Positions 34,713 to 48,137 of a stretch of 64,000 bases of DNA are shown in pieces (position 1 is the first letter of the stretch; every line of letters starts with the position of its first letter). Made by a program: the position numbers and the translations under genes. The notes beneath the pieces were generated by a model. The model saw only the letters and a program-made list of their open reading frames with translations, had not been told where the DNA came from and ran no database searches. Where the stretch lies: positions 124,372,001 to 124,436,000 of the forward strand of contig OZ360225.1 in the NCBI GenBank assembly GCA_977017645.1, written 5' to 3'. This stretch comes from Torpedo marmorata (Eukaryota).

Positions 34713-34831
34713 ACATGGGACATTGAACTGGAAAGGTCTTCAGAAGCATGGGCTTCACAGTGTCTTTGGGAACATGGACCTGGTTACCTCCTACCTTCTA
34801 TAGGACAGAATCTGGGTGTGCACTGGGGCAG
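34713..34831 (+). CDS. CRISPLD1: CRISPLD1 exon 3 (CAP domain)
   Basis: ttgcag|[39 protein letters not shown](R)|gtattg. Confidence 0.96.
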
Positions 34832-34925
34832 GTATTGTATACAAGAGGAGACCAAAATACATTTAAATTGTTTAAATTGTAGTATGTATGTTTTTGCATT
34901 CAAAAATTACATTTTAACTCCACAG

Positions 34926-35058
34926 ATACCGGCCTCCCACATTTCATGTGCAAGCTTGGTATGATGAAGTTAGAGATTATATATACCCTTATCCTCAAGA
35001 ATGCAACCCTTGGTGTCCCTTTAGATGTGTTGGTCCAGTGTGTACCCATTATACTCAG
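34926..35058 (+). CDS. CRISPLD1: CRISPLD1 exon 4 (CAP domain)
   Basis: cacag|[44 protein letters not shown]|gtatgg; missed by the ORF track. Confidence 0.96.
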
Positions 35059-36440
35059 GTATGGTTAACTTAAATAAGATCTTTTCATAGCTGCTTTTTC
35101 ACATAGACCTGCATGAAATTGGATTGAATGGACCTTATTTGGCTTCCCAACGTAAAACTGACACTTGGTTGGCATTTCTACTGTGGTAGAAAGTATCTGG
35201 GAAATTGGAATACCGGAAGTTCTAAGGAGGCTGTAATTAAAAATAGGATAATTTTTCACTTGTGTTGTGCTTTCCAGAACATCAGGACACGCTAACATGA
35301 TCTACACCTATAACAAAACTTCTTCCTCGTAATCTAAGAAACATGGCAATCAATTTATTTACGGCAGACCCAAATCTGTGATGATGACCAGACAATGTTT
35401 CAGTATGTTTGGCTGAGATATAAATATAGGCCCCATTTACAGGCAAACTCCTCTTCCCTTCTGAGAAGCAAGGATGCTACTATCTGAGATAAACTAGAAA
35501 GATGTTCCTTTCTGCCTCTGATTGCTATATCTGCTCTATCTATGTTTCAGGAACTTTGTATCATGAAGTAAAACATTCCACATCTGGAATTTAAACCCAT
35601 TTTCTAGCTGACCATGTGGAAAAGCAAACTGCATTTTTCATACATTTTCCACTTGATCAATGCTCACTTTGGCTTTCATATGTTCACAAAGAGCATTTTG
35701 TGTTTAATATTAAACTTAGAGGTGAATTTCTTCACCACTGGTCACTGAGGAACATAACTCTTCCAGCCCTTTTTGTATTGCTTGGTGGTTTCTGGCGAAG
35801 CCGTGATGTGAACAGGGTTATTCAAGAAGGCCTAGCAACTCACAAGAAGCAGGATGGCGTGTAGTCCACTTTTTGCTTTATTTCCCTCACCCAAAACCCA
35901 TTCAGAAAGCCACCCTGAAAGGGGCATTGGTCCTGTTTGCAGAAACCTGAAAATTAAATAATTAAAATTGGCACAATTTATAAAAAAAAAAAGAAAATGT
36001 TTTTCCTAAGGGTTACTGGAGACCATCTTTTTGCCTGAATGGAATCAATGTTGCTAATGCTGCATACATACCAGTGGCTTGGACAGGACTACCAATCCAT
36101 GCATGTCATGTCTATTAGTGACTTATTGATCCACCTACCCCGTTTCCATCCACCATCCGTTCTCTGGTTCCCTGGTTTCCCCGGAAGGAGTGCACCATCT
36201 CATGATCATTTTTTGCACTGTCTGATGAGGCTGTGATTCCCTCGTTGACATCAATAGTTGCCTTAAAACCCATTTAAAAAAAAAAAGAGGGGTGATCAAT
36301 TATCCTCAATTCCAAGGCACCACCAAAGAAGAAAAAAATTGTCATCATCGTTTTTCTTATATGATTCTGTTAACCTTTTTAATAATGTGAGCATGTTGTC
36401 AGATGCAACCCAAGTTACTTTTATATTTTCATTCTTCCAG

Positions 36441-36556
36441 GTAGTATGGGCAACAAGTAATAGAGTAGGCTGTGCCATTAATTTATGTTTTAACATGAAC
36501 ATCTGGGGCCAGGTGTGGCAACAAGCTGTCTACTTGGTTTGCAATTACTCTCCAAA
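36441..36556 (+). CDS. CRISPLD1: CRISPLD1 exon 5 (CAP signatures)
   Basis: ttccag|[38 protein letters not shown](K)|gtaagt. Confidence 0.96.
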
Positions 36557-37926
36557 GTAAGTAAAACTCAGAAATGGTGAAATTTGAACTCTGATTTTGT
36601 TAAATTTCTGAGAAGGTGTATAAAATTTCACATAATTCTTTTTGGGGGGGGGGGGGTGGATTGTAACATGCCTAAGATCGGCCAAACATTAATGGTGCTT
36701 ATTATGTTCTGGTTATAGAATTAACCTAGAAATCATGTGTAAATTATTTTCATGAGGTTTTATACAAATGATTAGCAATTATGAAGTATCAACATAATTG
36801 CATATCCACAATGAAACATTAATTTCCATATGAAAATTAACTTGTGGGTGAGAAATTGTACCAAGTCTGAAAAGGAGAAATGTTTGAGACCATTGCCATC
36901 TTTGTGAGAGCCTAAGCTGTCATCCACAAATAGGGTAGGATTGTTGGTTTAATTGTCCACAAAGGCTCTTCATCCTCGAGATTTTACAATTGAACACCTC
37001 GCAGAGCAAAATAGGAAGCAAAATGGGTTTGGGTGATGATTAGTATTGAAGGCAGCTGGGGATATGATTTTTGAGGGAGGAAGGTGGATTGACCCAGAGG
37101 GAGATGATGATTGTTTGAGTTGAGGCTTGAGATTACTGGGGCAAAAATGTGGGGAGAGGGCATTGGCAGCATGATAATGGTGAGTGGAAGTAGATGGGTA
37201 CTGTGGACTCCATGGCAGAAGTACAGATTAGGTTGGGATTTCTTCAACAAATGTCGAAGCAAGCCTCAACCTTACAGTTAAGGCCTGTGATATTCCAATA
37301 TTTTTTAGACACAGAAAAGTTTTGTGCAAGTGACATAATGTACTTTACATACTGTCTGATGACACTATACATATCCATTGGCCATATACCTTGGAGAACC
37401 TGGAACAAATTGCAGCACACCTAGCATCAGACTACATATAACAATTGCATTGTTTTACTAAAATACCATTCCCTCGTGCGCAAACATTTTACATGACACC
37501 TTGAATTTCTAGGCCAGTGAGCATTAGAAATATTTAGTGTCTTGGAATGAGGTCCATGATAATTTGTTATCTTGAATTTCATTTATTTTTACTAAAATGT
37601 TATCTCTGGGTCTTGAAAATTACATCATTTTCTCGTATTTATTCCTTCGTATTTATCATTGTATCTACTTATATCAATGCAATTCTGGCTGATTATACTT
37701 GAGAGGCAGACATCCTTTGAATGTGAATCTTATTTGGTAACTTTGGAAAATTGCTTCTAATAACAATAGTAGCTCCCATTTTTTTTCATAATTCCAGTCA
37801 ATGATAGAAAAGCTATAAAAAAAATTCAATGAAGAGTGAATTATTTTACAGTTGTGCTAGATACATTATTGTGTAATCTAATACATATTCCTCTATAAAA
37901 TATTATTCAAAAATACTTATTTTCAG

Positions 37927-38027
37927 GGGAAACTGGTGGGGCCATGCACCTTATAATCACGGAGCTCCCTGTTCAGCCTGTCCTCCAAGCTATGGAGGGA
38001 GCTGTAGGAATAATCTATGTTACAAAG
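37927..38027 (+). CDS. CRISPLD1: CRISPLD1 exon 6 (hinge)
   Basis: tttcag|[33 protein letters not shown]|gtatgt. Confidence 0.96.
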
Positions 38028-38321
38028 GTATGTGCTATTGTCTTTCTTTGCTTTATAAGTCTTTAATATCATAGCTTATAAACAACACTCAATGATTCTT
38101 TACGCATATCACACTTGGGGTAAATATTCTAAATAGTGACCTTGCTGCAAATTCAGTCAAAATTTCCTATAACTTGAGTAAATGCTTGTGCAATTCATCT
38201 ATTTTCTTTTTTGATTTGTATTGTTTGCCATGTGTCTTGAACGGAGATTACAATAGCTCAAATGTATGGGAAAAAAAATCAGCTTTCTGTGTTTAAATAA
38301 TTGTGTCAAGAACAGTATTTA

Positions 38322-39016
38322 CAAGTAGTTCCCAACTTGCGACCTATGCGACTTACGTCCATCCGCATATATGACCGAATTTCTTTTAAAAATATATAAG
38401 AAAAAATATAAAATTTACACGGTTTATGTTGTATTTGACAAACTATAACAGGGATACAGGGCATGTAAGAGCCAAAATGTCCGTACTTACCTTGTTAGTC
38501 GGCGTCCCGGGGTCCATAGGCTGGGCGCGGCCACCTTGATTCCTGTGCGCATGCGCGAGTCTTCGGTTGGCGCACGCGCAGTGGGTTCGCGTATTGGAGT
38601 TCGGTTGGTGCATGTGTGAGAGTTAAGGGCGCGAATTCAAAATCGTCAGGGCGCTTAACTCTCGCGCATGCGCCAACTGAACTCCAATACGCGAACCCAC
38701 CATGCATGTGCCAACCGAAGACTCGCGCATGCGCACAGGAATCAAGATGGCCACGCCCAGCCTACAGACCCCGGGATGCCGACTAAAAAGGGAAGCATGG
38801 ACTAGAATGTGGAAAGATTCGCCAAGGTTGATCGACAAAAATTCAGGAAGTTTTAAATTGTTATCGTCAAATCTATGATGAAAAAAAGATTTGATTAAAA
38901 AGTTTGCTTTAAGACTTTGGTACTCCACGCGCTCGGTCAAAATTCCGACTTACATCCATTCCGAGATACGACCGATCCTTTGGTCCCAATTACGGTCATA
39001 AGTCAGTGACTACCTG
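38322..39016. mobile_element. Tc1/mariner (Tigger/pogo-like) MITE with a long internal palindrome
   Basis: TA|CAAGTAGTTCCCAACTTGCGACC ... GGTCATAAGTCAGTGACTACCTG|TA; internal inverted repeat at 38495..38786. Confidence 0.85.
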
Positions 39017-39849
39017 TAATTCAATAATATCAGATTTTATGCAGTGTTGAAATAGAATTGAATCAGCGCTTGAAACTGATCTTGAGATTAAGGGAGAACA
39101 TTGGACAGAAGAATTCGTTTTGAATTGCTTTAGTAAAGGGCAGGCATGGATACAGTGGTTGAAACGACTCTTCTGTACATCTTTGAAATGCCATATTTAA
39201 CCTAGCTGTACTCCATGCATGTGCAATCAATGTTTGTGTTTAAAAGCAAAAACAAAAGAAAATGCTGGTAGGCAGCATTTGTGGAGAAAAAAGCAGAGTT
39301 AAATTGGAAGGTTCGGATGGACGACAGGGTGAATGTGAAGAGGATATTTTCTTTTGAAAGAGAATCTAGATCTTGGAGTTATTTTAAAAATAAGGAATAG
39401 CCCATTTAATACAGATGTGGCACTTCTTTAGGGTCACAAATCTTTGGAACTTGCCTCTTCAAAGGAGGCAATGATTTTGAATACTTCATGGTACATTCTT
39501 GATAAGCAACGAGTTAAAGGTTATGGGGGTGGGGGGGGGGGGAATTGGCAGGAATGCAGATTTGAGTTGAATCACTTCTAAAGACCCTATATCTCTACAG
39601 ATACATGACACTGTATTACTATATGGTCAGCCATGTTGTACAGGTATTGAATAATGGAGCAAACTCAAGATGCTGAGTGACCATTCTTGCTCCTAATTTG
39701 GACAGTTATATGTAAGTTTAGAAATCCTAAAGCACTTTAGGTAACATTATTCCAGACATTGGATGATTTGGGTCAATTATCTTTGAGAGAAAATGTCTTT
39801 CTTTTTAATGATTTTTTTTAATGAATCTATGAACTTATTCCTAGTTTTG

Positions 39850-40860
39850 TGTTCTGCAGCTATTTATTTCTTCTGGGTCCCCTGTGTATTTTACACACAT
39901 AAAAGACCCCAAACATACATGTGGGTGGCTGGCGTCCATGCAGTGCACACCTGGATGGCAATTCAGTGGTTTTAACCCACATATACACGTGGCTCTTGCA
40001 CACAAGCAGGATTTCACAACACACTGTCTGCTTCATCATTGCTGAAAGGAGACGTGCTAGACAGGTCCTCAGCTGTGGAGTCTTGTACTGGGAACCTACC
40101 TGTCTCACAATCATCTTTAAATAAGGTGGTTAACATGTCTCCAGTGAAGAAGAGAAAAATGTACCCAAGCTGGCCCTCATCCTCATGGCTACATTTGTGC
40201 GTTGCTGCATCAAGCTGTGTGTGCATGTGCTGAGGTTTTACCTCCAAAGGTTTTGTTCCATTTTGTTGGACCTTGTCACACCACCTAACTTCTGTAGCAT
40301 GGAATATCCTGGAAACCCTGCAGAAGATGGGAATGGCAGACCTGTGGGATAGTTCCTTGAGCAGACAGTCTCAAGGGACTCCAGTCTCAGGTCGTTTAGC
40401 AGAATGGCTCCTTCATCCACTCATCTCCAGAACTCACAAATAAGCAACAGGGCCTTGCTTGGCTGGCAGTGGGAGGGGGCCCACTCACCACATCCTTTAT
40501 GTCGGGCCCTCAGTCCCACCACACACAGCTGACAAAAGGCTGTGGTGTGGATGAGACAATTATCTACCTACTTCTAGACTGTGCATTTGCCAAGAAGGTG
40601 AGGAATGGAATGCAATGCTCCTTGTTGAAGTTTACCCTGAGCAGCTGCATAACAGAAAGCTCGGTGATCCATGGGTTGTTCCCATTGAGACAAAACAACT
40701 GCTCCTGGAAGACCAGCTTGATGAGAGACGTACTTTGACCAGCATGAAACTTGGGCTTCCAGTGTAAGGAGATATCCACAAGTGAATGCTGCAGACTAGC
40801 ATATTCCAAGGTGCAGAAGTATGTGTTAAAGGACACGCTAAAGCTTGGTTCTTCAGTTCA
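39850..40860 (+). mobile_element. Decayed Tx1/L1-clade ORF2 3' region
   Basis: GCGVDETIIYLLLDCAFAKKV resembles the C-terminal CCHC (C..ET..HLL.EC..A..VW) motif. Confidence 0.55.
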
Positions 40861-41283
40861 GCCTCACTCCCACCAATATCCAGGCCCACCCATATCCCCA
40901 ACCTTTTCTCCAGCTCAATCCTCGCCAGACCTGCCAACCTCCATCCCTACTGACATTCTGTTGTCACAGCCCCTGATGCTCCAACCTAACTCTTGGTCCC
41001 TAATTTGACCCACCAACAAAGCAAAGCTCATGCACCTTCATTATTTTTATTGTATATTTCCGAGTTTAATGATCTGTAAAAATAAGTGGTGAGTTGTGTC
41101 GATGTACCAAAGTCCTGCTTAATTAAACTCTGTTTACAAAAAAAACACACGGTTACTTTTGCTTTCTCTCATTGACAAGAATTTGCTTTGACAAATGTTT
41201 CTGTATCTCTGAAGTACAGTTTAGATATTTACGAAAAACCTTGTATGTCTTTCATCCCTTTGTATTTTTGTTTCACCTTGAAG

Positions 41284-41454
41284 ATGATGGTACAGATTAC
41301 TACTATTCTCCTTCAGAACCAGAGGAAGAAACTAACGAGGTTGAGAGACAGAGAATAAAAACCCAGGAAACACAATTAAATACGCGAACACGAACAGATT
41401 CCTCAAGATCAGAGCATCTTGACGCAAATGAGATTATAAATACCCAACAAATGT
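41284..41454 (+). CDS. CRISPLD1: CRISPLD1 exon 7 (acidic linker)
   Basis: ttgaag|(D)DGTDYYYSPSEPEEETNEVERQ...NEIINTQQM|gtaaga; an in-frame alternative acceptor is possible at 41295. Confidence 0.88.
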
Positions 41455-42114
41455 GTAAGAACAACTTGTTTTATACTCAGAAATAAAGGCAAGATATAAT
41501 GAGCACATAAAATCCAACTGGAAAATGCCGGAAAGAGAAATAAAATAGCAAGTAGCAAGTGTCTGACAGTCCTGAGACACTCTTGTGGATTGAACATATA
41601 TGTTCAATGTAGCTCTCAGCCAAGTTGATTTGGGCACGCCAAAGTAGATGAGGTAGCTTTATGAATTAGCACAAGAGGATAACAGATTGAAAGCAGTAGA
41701 ATAAATACTGTAGAATGGAAGGGGTATTTGGCACCATAAAAAATGGGAAAAGAGAAGTTGAAAGGATTCCAATTGATTGCAAGGGAAGATGTTGTGGTAA
41801 GGGGGAGGATGTGCTGTTAATGAAAGAATATTGACTGGGGTGATGGGGAAGGATTGGTTGTTCAGAATGCTGTAGGAAAAGGAATGATACATTTTGCATT
41901 GCCATATTGGAGTGTAATATACCATTCCGTGAGATTATATGTGAACAACTGATTCGCACAATTCATAAATCTGAATTTGCCATTTATTTGAAAATGAGTC
42001 AAATAGTGACTGCTGCTTTGTGACATTATGCTTTGGACAACATAATGTCATAAATTTTAGTTTCACACTCTTCTTGATTGTGAAGTCCACAGCATCCCCA
42101 AATAATACAATCTC

Positions 42115-42141
42115 AATAATAATAATAATAATAATAATAAT
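42115..42141. repeat. (AAT)9 microsatellite
   Basis: Direct reading. Confidence 0.9.
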
Positions 42142-42253
42142 ACATTTTCTTAAGAGTGCCAGACTCCATTTACTGAATAATTAAATCCCATATGTTTTGA
42201 GATTCTGAAACCGATCCAGAAAAATCTCAGTCATTAAATTATTTACTCAACAG

Positions 42254-42314
42254 CTCAGATGGTATCCTGTGAAACCAAACTACGTGACCGCTGCAAAGGA
42301 ACAACTTGTAATAG
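42254..42314 (+). CDS. CRISPLD1: CRISPLD1 exon 8 (LCCL1 start)
   Basis: caacag|(S)QMVSCETKLRDRCKGTTCN(R)|gtgaga. Confidence 0.95.
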
Positions 42315-42619
42315 GTGAGAAATGGAGGCAAAAGCCATTTCTTATGAGTTAAAGTAACTGATTGTCTGCCTTTTCTTAGAAATATCCTAGGGATTAAAAA
42401 GTAGCTCTTGAAAAACAACCAAACAGTGTTTTAAAATTCTTGTTTAATCCTGTTTCTGTAAATATGTATTGATTGGTAATGTAACCCTTGATTTTAGAAA
42501 ATTCTTTTCATTGACATTCTGATGAATTAAGTAGAAATGTATTGTTCCAGCCAAAGTAATAAAATTGTATAAAGAAAATCGACAAGGATCCAACTTGAAT
42601 CTTATTTCACCTCCTACAG

Positions 42620-42686
42620 ATATGAATGTCCAGCTGGTTGCTTGTATAGTCAAGGAAAAGTAATTGGGACTTTGCATTATGACATG
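42620..42686 (+). CDS. CRISPLD1: CRISPLD1 exon 9
   Basis: ctacag|YECPAGCLYSQGKVIGTLHYDM|gtgagt. Confidence 0.95.
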
Positions 42687-43799
42687 GTGAGTGAAAAATA
42701 AAGAAATAGTTTCATGGATTGTTAGTCTTTGCATAATACTCAGTTTGGTTTGTGAAATTTTGAAAGCATAAAACTCATTTACTTATTCTGCAATTTTGCA
42801 GAAGATGTGTCCAATCTTTCTATTGACAAATGTTGACCAATTCAATAATGACACTGAATGTAAGATTTCCAACATTTACACTATGCTAGCATTTTCTTAT
42901 TTTATAAATAACATTGGACTGGTGTTGATCAATATTTGACTGAAAAATTTCTATTTTTGCAGTTTCTTAATAGGCTCTATTGAATGAGAATTTGATTTGC
43001 AGCCACGTGTTTTTCTGCCTTTACAGAGAGCATCAGATACTTAAATTTTGTGCCAGGACTTCAGGACTTGTTGTGCCAAAACTGCACCTAACACCACATA
43101 GTATTTTGTGGTTTTTAGCCATTCTGGAGATGATAATCTTGTATGTTATCTGTAACAATATATATTAGAAAACAAATGAACATATTTGCTTCCATTTTTA
43201 GTAGTGTTCACTGGTATAATTAATCTACAAAAAATTAATTCGAGCAAACAATGAGTGAACTCCCCTTTATTTCCTAGCCCAACAGATGTTATAAACCTGG
43301 AAAGAGAAGGGAGGGACAAGCAATTGGTGACAAAGTTAGCAGAGAAAAATGAGTGACTGCTCAAAGAAGCACCACTCTGTCATGCAGAGTATGTGAGGAG
43401 AACATTCAGTGGGGAGGAGAATTCCTCCAATTATGCCACTTGCTGAATTTCTGATTTGTCTGTTAGTTTCGGTGCAGCCTTATCTAATGTGCAATGGACT
43501 TGCAGAGACAGTGACCCACTTGTTGGTCACATTTGCTCTCGGGTTTTGTTAGCCAGTTCTTCTCGAAGAGGAGAACAACATTATATATTCCCTGCTGATA
43601 GATTCTTAAGATGTGCATACCAAGACAGAATTGTGATTGGTGCAAAGGTGGTACAAACGTGAAAAAAATGAAGGGAGACTGTAAGGGCAGGAACACCTTT
43701 AGATTGTGGTAGCAGCATGGAAAGAAGATTGGGTTGATATTAAGAGGCCTAAATGGGTAAGACAGATGAACTCGGGGCACGGATTGGCTCGGGCAACTG

Positions 43800-43987
43800 G
43801 TGGTCAGGGTGGTGAAGAAGGTACTTGGCAATTGGTTATTGTATCAAGGATAAACATTGGGATCTCATGATGCAGCTGAACAAGGCATTTGGAGTATTGT
43901 GTACAGTTCTAGTTGCTAAGCCATGGAAAGAATATCAGTAAGATGGAAGGGGTGCAGAGGAGATTCACCAGAATGTTCACCAGAATG
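43800..43987 (+). mobile_element. CR1 RT C-terminal fragment
   Basis: LEYCVQF...MEGVQRRFTRM motifs. Confidence 0.65.
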
Positions 43988-44615
43988 TGCCTTTCCTGAG
44001 CACATCTGATCCTGTCGTTAAATTTGTTGGAATATTGCTATCAGCTCATGGATGCATCACCCTGCAGCAAGTGGCCACAACTAACTGTGTTAGTGATCAC
44101 TTTATCTTATTGGCTGGATATAAACGGCCACCTTCTCCTGAGGACCCCCAGAATTGTGTTTGAAATTTAGACAAAATTCTTGTCTGCTAGATGGGCTTTA
44201 TTAAAAGAAAAGGAGGTTTCCTTTGCTGTATATTAAAAGCATCACAATATTTTATTTCTATTGGGTTTTTTTAATACATTGGGTAGGTGTTACACTGACA
44301 AATAAGGTTAAAATTGAAATTAGTAGGCCTCCTAGAAATGATTAAAAAATGGTCAAGATGCTTTAATAGTACCTTTAAATTGGGCCTTTTGCTAACATGG
44401 TTAGAAGCATTTATCAACTAGCTCAATTTAATGCTTATTTCTAATGTGTTGAGATTTCTTGCCCACTCTCTCCAATGTTCCAATCCATAATTAGATTTGT
44501 ATTTGTGTAATCTTTGATAGTGGCACACATAAAATGCCTACAGTATTTTGTTTAAGGTAGATTTCCAAAAATATAAGATGGATAATGTTCTTTAATTTCA
44601 TGGGCATTTTTACAG

Positions 44616-44746
44616 CAATCAAGCGTCTGTAGAGCTGCAATGCATTATGGAGTGCTGGACAATGAAGGTGGTTGGGTAGATGTTACAAGACAAGGAAAGA
44701 AGCCTTTTTTCATAAAATCATACAAGAATGGGATCCAGTCGATTGG
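44616..44746 (+). CDS. CRISPLD1: CRISPLD1 exon 10 (LCCL1)
   Basis: ttacag|[43 protein letters not shown](G)|gtaaga. Confidence 0.96.
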
Positions 44747-44850
44747 GTAAGAATTTATGACTTCAATTGCAGCCTATTTGTACACAAATGAAAGAAATCA
44801 ACAAGTAGGGCTCCATTATGAAACATCTTCATGTGCAGCACCTCACTGAG

Positions 44851-46186
44851 ATTCAGATTTCAGATTTATTGTCAGAGTACATACATGACATCACATACAA
44901 CCCTAAGATTCCTTTTTCCTGCAGGCGCGGCAGAATTACCACTAATTGGTAGTGCAAAAATAAACTGTACACAGCGTAAACATGTAAACAAATAAAAGAA
45001 CTGTAAACAGATAATGAATGTAAACAAACTGACTGTGCAATACAGAGAGAACAAAAGAAAATCAATAAAGTGCACAAGAGTCCTTAAATGAGATACTGAT
45101 TGAGTTTGTTGTTGAGGAGTCTGATGGTGGAGGGGTAGCAGCTGTCCTGAACCTGGTGGTGCGAGTCTTGTGGCACCTATACCTCTTTCCTGATGGCAGC
45201 AGCGAGAATAGAGCATGTGCTGGGTGGTGTGGGTCTTTGATGATTGCTGCTGCCCTCCGACGGCAGCGTTCCCTGTAGATGTACTCAATAGTGGGGAGGG
45301 TTTTTCCTGTGATGTCCTGGGCTGTGTCAAGTACCTTTAGGAGGGCTTTACGCTCAGGGGTATTGGTGTTCCCATACCAGACTGTGATGCAGCCGGTCAG
45401 CACACTTTCCACCACACATCTGTAGAAATTTGCCAGGGTTTCTGGTGTCATACCAAACCTCTGCAAACTCCTGAAGAAGTAGAGGCGCTGACGTGCTTTC
45501 TTCATGATGCCATTGGTGTGTTGGGTCCAGGAAAGGTCCTCCGAGATAGTGACTCCCAAGAACTTAAATTTGCTCACCCTCTCCACCTCTGATCCCCCAA
45601 TGATCACTGGATTGTATACCTCTGGCTTTCCTTTCCTGTAGTCAACAATCAGCTCCTTAGTTTTGGTGACATTGAGTGCAAGATTGTTGTTGGTGCCCCA
45701 TTCAGCCAAGTTTTCAATCTCCATCCTGTATGCTGACTCATCCCTTCCTTTATACAACCCACTTCCATGGTATCGACGGCAAATTTGTAGATGGTGTTAT
45801 TGTCGTACCGAGCTACACAGTCGTAGATATAAAGTGAGTAGAGCAGGGGGCTAAGAACACAGCCCTGTGATGCTCCGGTACTGATGGAGATTGTGGAGGA
45901 GAAGTTCTTACCAATCTTCACTGATTGTGGTCTGGAGGTGAGGAAATCCATGATCCAATTACACAGTGGGGTGTTAACTCCCAGGTCTTGGAGTTTGCTG
46001 ATCAGTTTTGAGGGGATGATGGTGTTAAATGCCAAACTGTAGTCGATAAAGAACATGCTAATGTTTGCATCTTTGCTGTCCAGGTGTTCCAGGGCTTTGT
46101 GTAGAGCCAGTGAGATGGCATCTGCCGTAGACCTGTTACTACGATAGGTGAACTGGAATGAATCCATGTCACCGCTCAGACAGGAG
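44851..46186 (-). mobile_element. 5'-truncated Rex1/Babar LINE (frameshifted RT)
   Basis: [47 protein letters not shown]; tail TGACAATAAATCTGAAATCTGAAT. Confidence 0.92.
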
Positions 46187-46589
46187 AGACTAGGAGTGCT
46201 GAAGTTTCCTTGTAAATCATTGTAATGTCCTTCTGGATATTTGGTCTGTATACTGTTTTTCGTGTATATTTCAAGGACTTGAGGAAATTAGCAACCCTGA
46301 ATATCCTTGGGCAGTCTTTTGTTATTCAAATTCATTGACACTTTCTAACACTGAAATAGTGGAGGGGATATGGCCTCAGGTTAGCAATGGAGTGTTGGTG
46401 TGTTGCTGTGAGAGGAGAGCATTTATTTGAGGCTGGAAGTTGCACATGCCACTGGGATCCTGCTGATCCAGACTCAGAAGTTCCACAGTCTGTACCAGGG
46501 GAGCACTTGCCCAAATACTCAACCCCACCATCCCCAATGCCCCAGGATCTGATACAGTACCATAATTTTGTCAAACTTTCTCTTCACAG

Positions 46590-46815
46590 GAGGCACACAA
46601 TACTGGAATCTGGAGCAGCAGACATTCTACTGGAGGAACTCAGCAGCTTAGCAGCATTAATAGGATTAAAATAATTGTCAATGTTTCGGGCAGGAGCCCT
46701 TTATCGGCACCCTCCCTCAATCCTGGTGAAGGGCTCCGACCCAAAATGTTGACCAGTCTTTTCTCCCACTGATGCAGCTTGCGATGCTGAGTTCCTCCAC
46801 TAGATTGTGTGTTCC
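46590..46815. mobile_element. Inverted Penelope-like terminal-repeat pair
   Basis: TGGAGGAACTCAGCAGC ... GCTGAGTTCCTCCA inverted; contains CCTGGTGAAGGGCTCCGACCCAAAATGTTG. Confidence 0.65.
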
Positions 46816-47259
46816 TTTCTCAACACAGAGCAGAGTCTAAAATTTCAGAAGGCTGAGGGTTCAGGCTGTTTCATAAATGGACTCTCATTTGTCCATGGGA
46901 ATCATTACTGCCTTTTTGGAAGCTAGTGCACTTCATACCACAGGGGACTCCAGTCTACAGTCTTACACTGGGACTGCTAACTACAAAGGGAAGCTCAGTG
47001 TGCAGAAGGCTAAATGTGAAGGTCGCTCAAGAGAAAATAAAGGGAGTGGAGCTGAGCCATGAATGAAAGGCTGTGAGATTCAGAGGAGAGGAAAGGAGAA
47101 TGTGGGAGTGACGTTAAAAGGAAGAGTTGACAGGTGTCAGATTAATTTTTTATATAAATAAAATGTTCTGTTGATTATTTCCTGGTCTACATTTAATTAT
47201 AATTTTTTGATTTGCATTCTCCACCATCATCAACTAACATATTTCTTTCTTTGTTTTAG

Positions 47260-47303
47260 TAAATACAAACCTGCCAATTCATTTACTGTCTCTGAAGTAC
47301 CGG
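47260..47303 (+). CDS. CRISPLD1: CRISPLD1 exon 11
   Basis: ttttag|KYKPANSFTVSEVP|gttagt. Confidence 0.93.
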
Positions 47304-47397
47304 GTTAGTGCAAGTTCTAAATATTTAATTGTAAATTTTAAACATTTTATTTCAGTTTTGTTTTCACTAATAACTATAACTCTAATTTTATCCATAG

Positions 47398-47470
47398 TCC
47401 GATCTGCTACCTGTCAGACAAGAGCATATCAAATGTGCACGTTCAAAAAACCAACTTCACATTGTCCAAG
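47398..47470 (+). CDS. CRISPLD1: CRISPLD1 exon 12 (LCCL2 start)
   Basis: ccatag|(V)RSATCQTRAYQMCTFKKPTSHCP(R)|gtgagt. Confidence 0.93.
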
Positions 47471-47745
47471 GTGAGTGAGAATGAATGATTTGTCACTTGA
47501 ACAACTTGTTTAGCACTTTGTCTGCATTGTCATTGAAGAGGGACTTGTCTTCAGCTGTGAGCTTGTTGGGGCATGAACGTATGGAGAACAGAGAGTTGGG
47601 TGGTGCGATGGGAGCACAGAGAAGTAGAGCACCTCAGTTGTCACAAGGGAGGTTTTTGAGTTGCTGACAGCAGCTCCTTCCTCCATATCACTGCTGGGTT
47701 TCTTGGACCTTGGGAAATCTGGCAATTAGAGTTTAAATTGGGCAT

Positions 47746-48137
47746 TTTCAGATTTTAGATTTATGGTCAGAGTACATACATGACATCACATACAACCCTG
47801 AGATTCCTTTTTCCTGCGGGTGCGGCAGAATTACCACTAATTGGTAGTGCAAAAATAAACTGTACACAGCGTAAACATGTAAACAAATAAAAGAACTGTA
47901 AGCAGATAACGAATGTAAACAAACTGACTGTGCAATACAGAGAGAACAAAGAAAATCAATAAAGTGCACGAGTAAGAGTCCTTAAATGAGTCTCTGATTG
48001 ACTTTGTTGTTGAGGAGTCTGATGGTGGAGGGGTAGCAGCTGTTCCTGAACCTGGTGGTGCGAGTCTTGTGGCACCTATACCTCTTTCCTGATGGCATCA
48101 GCGAGAACAGAGCGTGTGATGGGTGGTGAGGGTCTTT
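47746..48137 (-). mobile_element. Rex1/Babar 3' end, same subfamily as 44851..45240
   Basis: Near-identical over ~390 bp (GTCAGAGTACATACATGACATCACATACAACCC...). Confidence 0.92.

Noticed and set aside
35720-36240. Possible retrocopy or extra exon between A-rich tracts in intron 4
   Set aside because: Frames checked are interrupted and show no recognisable protein; exons 4 and 5 already join in phase.
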